Assembly (NCBI GenBank): GCA_028820635.1 | Contig: JAPPIG010000064.1 | Span: 131,074-195,073 of the forward strand | Origin: Candidatus Poribacteria bacterium | Lineage (GTDB): Bacteria; Poribacteria; WGA-4E; WGA-3G | Length of the DNA stretch: 64,000 bases | Direction of reading: 5' to 3' | Shown here: piece after piece, positions 21,148 through 30,469 of the stretch | How positions within the stretch are numbered: the stretch's first letter is position 1 | Layout of the letters: the number at the start of each line of letters is the position of its first letter | The notes under the pieces: model-generated | What the model was told of the DNA's origin: nothing | The model's input: only the letters and a program-made list of their open reading frames with translations | Databases searched by the model: none | Made by a program: the position numbers and the translations under genes

Positions 21148-21528
21148 TTATTGATTGGATTTTTCAGTCTCCAGACCCGCTGCTTTCCAACCTCGGAATC
21201 CGCCAGTTAAGACTGAAACATTCTCATAACCCATATTTTTTAATGTGTGTGCCGACAGCGTTGCTCGAGTGCCACCACCACAATAAGTAACAATATGTGT
21301 ATCCTCATCAGGAGCGACCTCATCAATATCAAGTTCAAGATAACCGCGCGGGAGTGAAACAGCATTTGGTAAATGTTCTTCGTCGTAGTCCGGTTCGTCA
21401 CGAACATCTAATAGGATTACAGAATCACCTGCTTCTGTAAGTTCATCCGGTGAAATATGTCCGACATTCGCCTTTGCTTCAGCGACAAGTTCTTTTAGGG
21501 TTTTCAATGGCATAGTTATTCTCCGCAA
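21148..21528 (-). CDS. single-domain rhodanese-like sulfurtransferase
   Basis: ILLDVRDEPDYDEEHLPNAVSLP...TYCGGGTRATLSAHTLKNMGYENVSVLTGGFRGW (active-site Cys loop). Confidence 0.8.
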   Translation of the reverse strand: MRRITMPLKTLKELVAEAKANVGHISPDELTEAGDSVILLDVRDEPDYDEEHLPNAVSLPRGYLELDIDEVAPDEDTHIVTYCGGGTRATLSAHTLKNMGYENVSVLTGGFRGWKAAGLETEKSNQ

Positions 21529-21655
21529 GCGTTAAGATATTATTTATGTTAATCAGAATATGGCGTTTTAAATACTAAACCTATATGGAAAGAATATATC
21601 ATAAAGTGCCAGAACCGTCAATTTTTTTTCTGTTATCAAATTTGAAGGAGAACAA

Positions 21656-22099
21656 ATGGAATTAATAAAAAAATCAGTTGATTCCGTAATCGAGAAAGAT
21701 CGGATTGGGAGTCCTGTGTTTCTAAGATGTGTGCTTAATATTGCAGGTGAGACATCTAATCTGCTGCAACCAACCGCAGAGATGGCTGCACTCTCAAACG
21801 GATGGATACCATCCCAGCCGCAAAGTCTTTATGCACAAGGTGATGCAAACGCAACACAGGTTACGGTAATGATACAATACGTAGGAGGACAGATGGCGGT
21901 GCTGAGTATCAATCGGGTTGATACTGAAACTGCTATTGACATTATGTTGGTTGGCAATAAAGGTGTGATCTACCATGAAACACCAATAGGTAGGCATTAT
22001 CTAAGTGCTACACCGCATCAACTCAGTGCTATAGGAGAACTTACGGAGACTATCTCCAACGCACTTGCAACTGGTCAACCGATAACGGTGGAGGGATAA
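21656..22099 (+). CDS. hypothetical protein resembling a free-standing Gfo/Idh/MocA C-terminal domain
   Basis: 147 aa. Ends 2 nt before the start of the next Gfo/Idh/MocA gene, suggesting translational coupling. Confidence 0.4.
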   Translation: MELIKKSVDSVIEKDRIGSPVFLRCVLNIAGETSNLLQPTAEMAALSNGWIPSQPQSLYAQGDANATQVTVMIQYVGGQMAVLSINRVDTETAIDIMLVGNKGVIYHETPIGRHYLSATPHQLSAIGELTETISNALATGQPITVEG

Positions 22100-22101
22100 A
22101 C

Positions 22102-23250
22102 ATGCAAAAAAACGGAAAATACGGTGTCCTACTCCTCGGTGGACATCGCACACATCAAGAAAATTATGCACAATCGTTTGCCAACGATCGCCGTTGTCAA
22201 CTTGTTGCATTTGCTGATGAACCAGATGCACCTGAAGAACGAATAAAATTGGCACGTTCCCTCGCTGAAGAATTAAATCTCCCTTTCATTCCCGACCTTG
22301 ATGAGGCATTGGCGCGCGATGATGTGCATATTGTAAGTCTCTGCACAGAGGTTGAAAGACGTGGTCGTGTTGGAACGAAATGTGCAGAAGCAGGAAAGCA
22401 CGTCTACCTTGACAAGCCAATGGCACTCAATCCTGAAGATACGAACAAGATTGTTGACGCTGTTACCAAAAGCGGTGTTCGGACACAGATGTTTAGTAAC
22501 ATTTATAGCACTTGGGCGCGAACTGTCAAACAAGGATTGGACAGTGGACACATCGGTAAACTAAAGGCAATTCATTGCGATGTCATGTTTGCTAAAGGAC
22601 ACCCGGGAACTGCACCTGTCGGGAAAAAACGGATACAAAAACCGAATTTAGAACGGTATAGTTTCGTGGAAGCAAAACCTGAAATGTTTGACATCGGTGT
22701 TTATGCCGTGTCAATGGTGAATTGGTTAACACAGAAACGCGTGAAAAATGTATTTGGTGGAACAGCAAATTACTTTTTTAAAGAACATCACGGCTGCGAT
22801 TTAGAAGATTTTGGCGCGTTGGTGCTAACATTAGAAGGCGATGTTACCGCAACGATTGCTGCTGGACGTTACGGTTGGCAGAGTCATGCGCAAGGAGGTA
22901 TACGAAAGGTTCACCTTGTTGGCACTGATGCTACGTTAACTTTTGATGCTTCATCAAACAGGTTAGAAGTGTTCACTGCAGAGCCTACATTTGAACCACC
23001 GACACCGCACCCGCTTGACCCGATGGGAATGTGGAGCAGCACACAAGCAGAAATTAAGATGCAACCGAAGCAGCACTGGATTGATGTCGGCAGTGGAAAT
23101 GATGGACAGAACGAATTCGGTGCATTTATAGATTGTATTGAAAATGGAGTGGAAAGTGAGATGAACGCAGAATTTGCTGCACATTCTGTTGAAGTTATTT
23201 GTGCTGGCTATCGTTCTGCCGCAAGTGGAGAGGTTATTAAATTTGGATGA
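22102..23250 (+). CDS. Gfo/Idh/MocA family oxidoreductase
   Basis: N-terminal Rossmann GVLLLGGHRTH...AFAD...E(K)P. Confidence 0.8.
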   Translation: MQKNGKYGVLLLGGHRTHQENYAQSFANDRRCQLVAFADEPDAPEERIKLARSLAEELNLPFIPDLDEALARDDVHIVSLCTEVERRGRVGTKCAEAGKHVYLDKPMALNPEDTNKIVDAVTKSGVRTQMFSNIYSTWARTVKQGLDSGHIGKLKAIHCDVMFAKGHPGTAPVGKKRIQKPNLERYSFVEAKPEMFDIGVYAVSMVNWLTQKRVKNVFGGTANYFFKEHHGCDLEDFGALVLTLEGDVTATIAAGRYGWQSHAQGGIRKVHLVGTDATLTFDASSNRLEVFTAEPTFEPPTPHPLDPMGMWSSTQAEIKMQPKQHWIDVGSGNDGQNEFGAFIDCIENGVESEMNAEFAAHSVEVICAGYRSAASGEVIKFG

Positions 23251-23574
23251 TATAAATTTGTTCTAATAGTCTGTCCAATCTAAACTTTACAGTTTTACAG
23301 TCGCGATCGGGAGGTCCTTCCTACAAAAAGGCTTGTACAGCATAGGTTCAGAACGCTCTCTGAATAATTGTTATCTACACAATTTAAGAATGAATTAGTT
23401 CATTGTAGGGTGATTCATCGTCCGTCGTAATGCGAGATGAATCAATCATCCCCAAACAAACCATAAGTTTAGACTGGACAACCGAGTTACTCTCACTCCG
23501 CGTTGGCACGAAATTTGCGAATGGCTGTAGTAGTTAGAAAGTCGATAAATAAAACCGGAAAAGGAGATAAATCA

Positions 23575-23841
23575 ATGAGCAAATCGAAAATTGACCAGAG
23601 CCATACTCGGCAAAAGAACCGGATTGATTCCTCTCATACTCGGCAAAAGAACCAGATTGATGCTTCTCATACTCGGCAAAAAGAGGGAATTAAAACCGCT
23701 GATACTGCAAGACAGCGTAATGATATCCGTAAAGCTGAAGAGAGACAGCGTAATGATATCCGTAAAGCTGAAGAGAGAGAGCGGAACGATGCCCGTAAAG
23801 CTGGGGAGAGAGAGCGGAACGATGCCCGTAAAACCGGTTGA
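23575..23841 (+). CDS. small highly basic tandem-repeat protein
   Basis: AGGAG RBS. SHTRQKNxID x3, then RNDIRKAEER x2 and RNDARKAGER x2. Encoded by 33-bp DNA tandem repeats. Confidence 0.5.
   Translation: MSKSKIDQSHTRQKNRIDSSHTRQKNQIDASHTRQKEGIKTADTARQRNDIRKAEERQRNDIRKAEERERNDARKAGERERNDARKTG
23592..23830 (+). repeat. 33-bp tandem repeats (two sub-families) inside the small basic protein gene
   Basis: CGGCAAAAGAACCGGATTGATTCCTCTCATACT x3; CGTAATGATATCCGTAAAGCTGAAGAGAGACAG x2; CGGAACGATGCCCGTAAAGCTGGGGAGAGAGAG x2. Confidence 0.7.
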
Positions 23842-23935
23842 GAACAGGTAATTCAAATAGACAGGACAATTGAGTGTTCCCTAACCAGGACAATGTGTTT
23901 TCTAACTTTGGGACTTTCTAAATAGATGACCACAA

Positions 23936-23990
23936 CATAAGTCTCGGTTTAACTCTTACCGGTTGGAGTAATAACCGAGACTTATTTTTT
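23936..23990 (+). terminator. intrinsic terminator
   Basis: CATAAGTCTCGGTT...AACCGAGACTTATTTTTTG. Confidence 0.6.
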
Positions 23991-24163
23991 GCACAAGGTG
24001 TAAGCAATCAGTATAAGAGGAATATAATGTCCATTTTTAAGGACATAGAAGCGTGTCATGTATCTTATTATATACATACAACAAATTGAAACTTCGTGGT
24101 GAAAAAATCAAGAAGTTGTTGAGGTATCGCTGCTTCTCTGACTCAAATAGAGAACCTTTCGTG

Positions 24164-25972
24164 TTATCCGACAATACCCATCGCTTCAAGTTCGGCAATC
24201 TGTTTCAGCCATGATTCACGAATTTCAGGGGAGTAATCACCCGGGAGTAAGGATTTGCGGGTACAATTCAAGAACGCTTGCAAGGTTTGATAACGCCGAA
24301 TTGGACCGATATTTGGTAGAATTCTATCGGATATAACGTCAACGATTTCGTCTACAGACAACTCTCCTTCGCGGTTTTTGGCAGCTTGAAGGTCAGCACG
24401 GAGTGATGCAAAACTGGCAGCCGAATACCCTTCAGTCAGCGACAGCAGGAGTTTAAATGCCTCATCCGGAATTTCGCCTCTGAAAATATTGCTAAGCGTC
24501 CAGTGTAGAAATGTCTCTCGGTCTTCACCTGTTGGATCGAGAACTGGAATTACGATGTCTCCAACTCTGCCTTCTCTGCGCAGGTCGGGCGAGAGATTAT
24601 AGATACGCGCTGTCATAAGCAGCCATGTGATATTGCCGCGTAACTGCGGGTCGGACATCATAGCCTGTATTTTTCCTGTAAGCCTGCGCTCAGTTGCGTG
24701 TGCATCTCTACCAACATCCCCGAACTGTGTATCCGCTTCGTCAACAAAAATTAACACATTCACCAATGCCATCAACAAACGTCTGAGCCGTTCAAAGATC
24801 ACATCTGTCTGTCCAAACCACATGCTGCGGATATTCTTGAGTACTAATACAGGTATATCCAATTCTCCTGCGAGTCCTTCAAAGATAAAGGTTTTTCCGC
24901 TACCGATGGGTCCGCATACACTCAATCCAGCGATGGAATCTTTTCCTGTAGATGTAATGCGAGGAATTATCTGTGTCTTCAAGAAGTCAACCAGTTTTTG
25001 ATTGCCGACAATATCTTTGAGAGAATGTGCAGGTTTTTTGAATTCGACGACATCTTCCCCCAACTGTGCTTGGATAAATTCAGATACTTTTTCTATTACG
25101 TTGTCTGGACGCAGTTTTTCTCCTGAATAACAAGCTGAGACAAGCAGCTGGCGTAAAGCTTGGATTGATAATCCCGCTGTTAACACGGCGAGTTGTGATT
25201 GGCTACCCCATAGATTTAACTCCTTTTTTGCAGGTTTTTGGGTTCTATTGAACCATGATATAAAATGTCTTCGTGCTTCTACTTGGGGAGATTGAATTTC
25301 TACATCTATGACTTGGGGCAAGCGGGTAACGCGTGAGTTTATTAGGCTTTTTGATTCGGCAATGAAAACAACCGTATCGGTAGCTTTCATGAAATCGGAA
25401 TCAGAAATCCAATCCTGCACGATGCTAACTCTATGTCTATCTGCTAAACTTAAACTTCGGATTTCTCCTTCAGGGAGTAACATATCCGTTGCTTCAATAA
25501 AAATAAGGAGTTTTTCCTGCAAAAACTTTTCTCCGCGAACATTCGTAGATCGCGAAATAAGACAGAATTGTCGCAGCAGTTCAAGTGCCAATGTCGGGCT
25601 TCCGATAGCATCGTTTAGGTATTGTTCAAACAAGTCGTTAGACGCATTTGAGGATTTACTTGTTTTGAGTTCAGGGTCTTCCGCCTTGTTCGGAAGCGCG
25701 AAAAGACTGGTAGTGTTTTTCTGTGAAGGTTCGCTCTCCCCCCGCCATAGGTTGAAAGCGTTTTTTACCTTTTCTCGGTCGCTTGCATGCAGAAAACGGA
25801 GCGGACCATTGAGTTCGTATACTATGAGGATAAAACCCGAAATATCCCAGCTTCGCGTAAGAAACGGAACGAGGGGAATGTAATCCTCCTCATCTGATTC
25901 TTCAACGAAAAAGAGGTCGTGGATATTCCCATGAAGGACGATACTGCGCGAGGTGCCAGAATTAATAAGCAA
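24164..25972 (-). CDS. classical-clade AAA ATPase with ~330-aa uncharacterised N-terminal region
   Basis: Walker A GPIGSGKT; Walker B LIFVDEAD; sensor-1/SRH TARIYNLSPDLRREGRVGD (matches TNRPDxLDPALLRPGRFD of the FtsH/Vps4/katanin clade). A single AAA module sits at the C-terminus. Confidence 0.85.
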   Translation of the reverse strand: MLINSGTSRSIVLHGNIHDLFFVEESDEEDYIPLVPFLTRSWDISGFILIVYELNGPLRFLHASDREKVKNAFNLWRGESEPSQKNTTSLFALPNKAEDPELKTSKSSNASNDLFEQYLNDAIGSPTLALELLRQFCLISRSTNVRGEKFLQEKLLIFIEATDMLLPEGEIRSLSLADRHRVSIVQDWISDSDFMKATDTVVFIAESKSLINSRVTRLPQVIDVEIQSPQVEARRHFISWFNRTQKPAKKELNLWGSQSQLAVLTAGLSIQALRQLLVSACYSGEKLRPDNVIEKVSEFIQAQLGEDVVEFKKPAHSLKDIVGNQKLVDFLKTQIIPRITSTGKDSIAGLSVCGPIGSGKTFIFEGLAGELDIPVLVLKNIRSMWFGQTDVIFERLRRLLMALVNVLIFVDEADTQFGDVGRDAHATERRLTGKIQAMMSDPQLRGNITWLLMTARIYNLSPDLRREGRVGDIVIPVLDPTGEDRETFLHWTLSNIFRGEIPDEAFKLLLSLTEGYSAASFASLRADLQAAKNREGELSVDEIVDVISDRILPNIGPIRRYQTLQAFLNCTRKSLLPGDYSPEIRESWLKQIAELEAMGIVG

Positions 25973-26059
25973 CCCAGCTTCTGTACGGAATTTGTAAGTA
26001 GGGTCTTTAACAGCGATGTTTATACCCTCCGTTCATTGACTGTGGCAAATTGACTAACA

Positions 26060-27883
26060 TTAACTTGCCTGTGCCAACTTTTTCCATCGTGGAAGAAAAC
26101 CTTCAGTCAAGAACTGGTCAAGGTTCCAGATATTCCTTTGCGGTTCTACTTCAAAAAATGTTCCCATTGCCAAAACAAGAATGTCTTTAAAACCATAATT
26201 TGTCTCAATTTGTGAGAGTGTTTCATAAGTTTGGAGAAATGCGGTGTGAATTCGGAGAAAGTTTAGCGCAGCAAAACTAAACGCATTGAGCTTCAGGCAA
26301 TCATCATTTGTTTTCTCCCAAAACCATTCCGGTTTGTAAAAAAGGTCGAGTCGTTCTTTGCAAAGCTGCACCGCTTTTTCAAGGACATCATCTAATTCTT
26401 GGCGATTCATCTCTTTATCTGGAATATCAAGTTTTTCACAAACCTCAGCATGTATTCGGTGTTTTGCTTCATCAGAATCCACCCACGTTTGAAACGCTTC
26501 AGAGGCTCGTTCGAAACAATTGCGAAGATCTGCAATTGTCAAATCAAGTTTGCTCGGAAAAGCCTTAAGTAGAGAAGAACTCGGCAAAAGATCTGCTTGC
26601 TCAGGATGTAGTTGTAAGAATTTATATTCTACGACATCTGCTAACATCTCTGCCAGAATAGGTGTAAAAGCGATGATAGATCGCTCATAAAGCTCAGCAT
26701 CAATGAATTCCGTCAGTTTTTCCGCATCAAGCTGAATTTCCCCGGTTTTCGTTTTAACAAATGCTTCGGCAAATGTAGTCTGTTCACCTAAAACTGAGGC
26801 AGATTCTGTTAAAGATAATGGTCGATTAAAGAGTGATAATTCGGTATACAGGTCCTCAAAGTCAAGCAAACTCTCTTGCCACTGGTGTCCCCATGTATCA
26901 TGAATCAGATATTTATCAAGTTCTTCCAATGGGAGAACACCAACCATTCGTGTGAGCGTAGTCGTAACCAATTCAACAGACAGTGCAGTATCTTTGGCAA
27001 TTTGTTCTCGGAACTTTAAATCTAAATTTTCTGCATTAAAAGTGCCAAAAACAGGAAAATGTGCAAACGGTTCAACCTGCCAAATTTTTCGCAAAAATTG
27101 CGCATAACTAAATTTCTTACCAGATTGTTTTTTACGGTATCTATCTGTTGCCGTGGGTATTTTTTCACTGTGTGTATTGGCAGGAGTTTCCTTTATTTTA
27201 GAAGGCAGACAGAAATAGAGAGCAGAACAGGTTTTTATCAATCGGACTTCGCCAACTTCAAAGGGCGCGTCCGGATATAAACACTGAAAGAGGTTGAGAA
27301 TGTCAGTATCCAGTTGTGGATTATCGGACACTAAATTAAAGCGATTCTGTAAACACTGCATGATTTGATGTCGGTGCATCAGAGGGGCAGTTCGAATAGC
27401 GAGGTTTCTCGTTAGTTTGTCTAATGCTTTTGAATCTACATGGAATATATCTTGGAGCAGTGCCTTCATGTCTTGCTGTTCTGATTCTTCTGTAGGGGCA
27501 TCTGCTGTAAATTGCGTAAAAATTTTAGAGCCTGCAGTGTCGAGGTTTTCAATATTGGGATGGTTGACAATTGCGGGATACTGGTCAAGGGATAACCAAA
27601 TTGCTTCGATAAAAATATTATCCAAAACACTGAATGACGTATTTATTGAATCGTTTTGTTTAGATGAATGGGATATTTTGTCTGTTTCCAATACTAACGT
27701 ATTATGCAGATCAAAAAACTTTTCAAGCGTTTCAGTTGAAACTGGACCACTCTTTTTGGTATTGTTAATTTTATTTACGTGGGTTTCAAAATCCTTTAAA
27801 CCTTCCAAGATAATTTCCCAATTGCTCGGCGTATTATCCTGATGCCACGTGTTGACGTTCACAACCCCCTCCTCTCTTTCCAC
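26060..27883 (-). CDS. hypothetical 607-aa protein, no recognisable domain, directly upstream and co-oriented with the AAA ATPase
   Basis: Long uninterrupted ORF; 87-bp gap to the AAA gene. No motifs I can assign. Confidence 0.6.
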   Translation of the reverse strand: MEREEGVVNVNTWHQDNTPSNWEIILEGLKDFETHVNKINNTKKSGPVSTETLEKFFDLHNTLVLETDKISHSSKQNDSINTSFSVLDNIFIEAIWLSLDQYPAIVNHPNIENLDTAGSKIFTQFTADAPTEESEQQDMKALLQDIFHVDSKALDKLTRNLAIRTAPLMHRHQIMQCLQNRFNLVSDNPQLDTDILNLFQCLYPDAPFEVGEVRLIKTCSALYFCLPSKIKETPANTHSEKIPTATDRYRKKQSGKKFSYAQFLRKIWQVEPFAHFPVFGTFNAENLDLKFREQIAKDTALSVELVTTTLTRMVGVLPLEELDKYLIHDTWGHQWQESLLDFEDLYTELSLFNRPLSLTESASVLGEQTTFAEAFVKTKTGEIQLDAEKLTEFIDAELYERSIIAFTPILAEMLADVVEYKFLQLHPEQADLLPSSSLLKAFPSKLDLTIADLRNCFERASEAFQTWVDSDEAKHRIHAEVCEKLDIPDKEMNRQELDDVLEKAVQLCKERLDLFYKPEWFWEKTNDDCLKLNAFSFAALNFLRIHTAFLQTYETLSQIETNYGFKDILVLAMGTFFEVEPQRNIWNLDQFLTEGFLPRWKKLAQAS

Positions 27884-28073
27884 TTACCTTCTGTAGAATG
27901 CAGACATCTATGCTTTACATTCAGGGTGAAATACAAAAATTTATAACACCTGCTGGTTGGCGCGCTTACAAAGCGAGCCAACTAACGGTGTATCATAATT
28001 GAAAATTTACAATAATCACAATTGACAAAAAGCACAAAGCCAACGAACCTTCGTTAATCCGCGATGAGTGTCT

Positions 28074-28910
28074 TTATAACGGTAGTTCAGAATCACTCTC
28101 TTTCTTTTCTTCGGGCTCATCGGTTTTCTCAGGGGTATCTGTTTGTTGTGCTCCGAAGATTAAGGAATCAAATTCATCAGAAGCAGCGCTGGAACTTGCA
28201 GCGGCAAGAAATTCTTCCTCTTCAGAACGTGAATCAGTGCCAGCGAGTTCTTGTGCAACCGCCGATCTACCCTTTGCTTTCTCACGGATTTCTCGCATCC
28301 GTGTCAATTCCGCTGAAGTGCCATCCGTACTAATACCTGATAGCAAATCCGCGACATCTTCTTGCTCACGTGCTGTAATAAGATCGGCAACCGCTTCAGA
28401 TTGCTCAGTTTTGATCTTATCAAGATCGCGGTGGAGACCGGTAATCTGAAGTTTATGGGTTTCAATGTCTTCCTGCGCGCGTTCAATATCCTGCTCAAGT
28501 TCATCAATGCGCGCGTTTTTCTCATCCAGAGTGGAGTGAAAATCGTTATAAGAGGTAACACATCGGACGTAGTCAGGATGCTGTTTTATCTCCTCATCTG
28601 GTGTGCCAGCTTTTTGAAGGTCAGCGGCAGTGCTTTTTGCCTTAGCGATTGCACCTGCCTTCATCTTTTCAAGTTTGTCAATGTCATCTGTCAGAGCCTT
28701 CAGTGAATTCTTCTTATTTTCAACAAGTGCGATGAGTTGCCCAATCGCATTCTTGTAACGTTGGATATTTCCCTGTTTGTCACGGATAATGTCCTCATAA
28801 GCACCGCGAACCGCTTCAGGGTTTTCCATTAGTTTATCAGCCTGCTCGTGTGCACGACCAGTAAGTGTATACCAAATTGCTTTGAAAAAACGGGTGAAGC
28901 CGTTTGCCAT
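28074..28910 (-). CDS. PspA/IM30 (Vipp1/LiaH) family protein, copy 1
   Basis: N-terminus MANGFTRFFKAIWYTLTGRAHEQADKLMENPEAVRGAYEDIIRDKQG fits the PspA helix a0/a1. Coiled-coil throughout; acidic E/S-rich C-terminal tail. Confidence 0.75.
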   Translation of the reverse strand: MANGFTRFFKAIWYTLTGRAHEQADKLMENPEAVRGAYEDIIRDKQGNIQRYKNAIGQLIALVENKKNSLKALTDDIDKLEKMKAGAIAKAKSTAADLQKAGTPDEEIKQHPDYVRCVTSYNDFHSTLDEKNARIDELEQDIERAQEDIETHKLQITGLHRDLDKIKTEQSEAVADLITAREQEDVADLLSGISTDGTSAELTRMREIREKAKGRSAVAQELAGTDSRSEEEEFLAAASSSAASDEFDSLIFGAQQTDTPEKTDEPEEKKESDSELPL

Positions 28911-28959
28911 TAGTAATTCCTCCTATGTGAAATTAAGTTTTATTCAAATTCTATTCTGT

Positions 28960-29649
28960 TTAAGTATCATCCTCTCTGATACCTGATAACAGATCATCAA
29001 CCTCTTGTTGTGTGCGTGCGGCAATAAGATCGGCAACCGCTTCAGATTGCTCCGTCTTAACCTTCTCCAGATCACGATGGAGACTGGTTATCTGAAGTTT
29101 ATGGGTTTCAATGTCTTGTTGCGCGCGTTCAATATCTTGCTCAAGTTTAGCGATGCGGGCGTTTTTCTGCTCCAAAGTGGAGTGGAAATCGTTGTAAGAT
29201 GCAACACATCGGACATAACTTGGGTGCTGTTCAATCTCCTCGTCAGAAGTTCCTTCTTTTTTAAGTTCAGTGATAATACCTTCCTTCTTCTCGATTGCAT
29301 CAGCCTTCATCTTTTCAAGTTTGTCAATATCATCTGTCAAACTCTTCAGCGAATTTTTCTTATTTTCAACAAGTGCGATGAGTTGCCCAATCGCATTCTT
29401 GTAACGTTGGATATTTCCCTGCTTGTCACGAATGATGTCTTCATAAGCACCACGTACCGCTTCAGGGCTTTCAATGAGGCTATCGGTCTGTTTATCGTAT
29501 TGGATATTTTCTTGCGTGTCACTTATATCGTCTTCAGAAGGCTCGTATATCGGTTCAGAGCTTTCCTTGAGTCTATCTGCTTGTTCAAGTGCACGACCAA
29601 TTTGCGTATACCAGACAGCCTTGTATAAACGGATGAAGCCATTTTCCAT
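28960..29649 (-). CDS. PspA/IM30 family protein, copy 2
   Basis: Near-identical core to copy 1 (ESPEAVRGAYEDIIRDKQGNIQRYKNAIGQLIALVENKKNSLK), with a ~30-aa insertion near the N-terminus. Confidence 0.75.
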   Translation of the reverse strand: MENGFIRLYKAVWYTQIGRALEQADRLKESSEPIYEPSEDDISDTQENIQYDKQTDSLIESPEAVRGAYEDIIRDKQGNIQRYKNAIGQLIALVENKKNSLKSLTDDIDKLEKMKADAIEKKEGIITELKKEGTSDEEIEQHPSYVRCVASYNDFHSTLEQKNARIAKLEQDIERAQQDIETHKLQITSLHRDLEKVKTEQSEAVADLIAARTQQEVDDLLSGIREDDT

Positions 29650-29733
29650 TGGAATTCCTCCTAAGTAAAATTAAGTTTTTTTAAATCTATACCTAAATTT
29701 TACAAGAATTATAATAGTAAAACAATATTGTAT

Positions 29734-30309
29734 TTATCCATTATGAGTAGATGAAAATGCTGACTTCAGTTTTGGCATAAAATGCGTAAAAAATTTGACT
29801 GCTTGTTCATCTTGATGGTTAGGTGAAAATTTGTGTCTTCCCATACATCTTCTTGTATATGAGAGCGAAAGATATCCACAAGTTTGTGAACCAATTGCCA
29901 TCATACCACCAATCGCAACAAGTCCAAAACCGTATATGCCCGAAATAGCAATAACTCCCCAAGCTTGTGTGCCACCGATAGCAATAACTCCCCATGAAAT
30001 TCCACCTCCGATGGCAATTACCCCAATTGACATTAAACCACCGATAGCAATAAAACCGCAAGCAAGCCCACCACCAATAGCAATAGCTCCATTTGCGAAA
30101 AGTCCCGCAATGACAATCTCTCCAGTAGAAACAAAGTCTGAAACCATGTCTGGCGAGGCAATTGAAGATTCAAACAATCGCACCATCTTATCCAGATTTA
30201 ATGCGAGAATAAAACACAGTGAAACGGCCCAAAAAATACCCCACTTCCAATAATAAGATCGAAATGCTTTTTTGAATTTTTCAGGTACAAAAGCTTCAGT
30301 CATTTTCAC
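29734..30309 (-). CDS. membrane protein with six tandem 11-aa GxIAIGG (glycine-zipper-like) repeats
   Basis: TM helix followed by GAIAIGGGLAC-GFIAIGGLMSI-GVIAIGGGISW-GVIAIGGTQAW-GVIAISGIYGF-GLVAIGGMMAIG. Underlying DNA has 33-bp periodicity. Sits between pspA copies. Confidence 0.6.
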   Translation of the reverse strand: MKMTEAFVPEKFKKAFRSYYWKWGIFWAVSLCFILALNLDKMVRLFESSIASPDMVSDFVSTGEIVIAGLFANGAIAIGGGLACGFIAIGGLMSIGVIAIGGGISWGVIAIGGTQAWGVIAISGIYGFGLVAIGGMMAIGSQTCGYLSLSYTRRCMGRHKFSPNHQDEQAVKFFTHFMPKLKSAFSSTHNG

Positions 30310-30469
30310 ATTCTTCAGATTTTTGAGTTAGTGCCAAGTATAATTATTGCAAGCAATAGATTATTGGAGTTGTCTTCTTTTTGTAGACACTGTTTTCGAG
30401 TAATGTTATAGATTGATTAGGAGTACGAATTCTTGCTGCAACTACTTCTATTTTTTGTCTCCATCCATA

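Noticed and set aside
29005-29628. 207-aa plus-strand ORF antisense to pspA copy 2 (and similar antisense ORFs at 28362-28706 and 30585-30824)
   Set aside because: They mirror the coiled-coil coding strand (low-complexity L/F/N-rich translation). The three PspA homologs on the minus strand explain the region.
29831-30253. 140-aa plus-strand ORF with PIAI(T/K)P repeats
   Set aside because: It is the antisense reading of the 33-bp tandem repeats. The minus-strand GxIAIGG membrane protein fits the operon orientation and has a TM-compatible composition.
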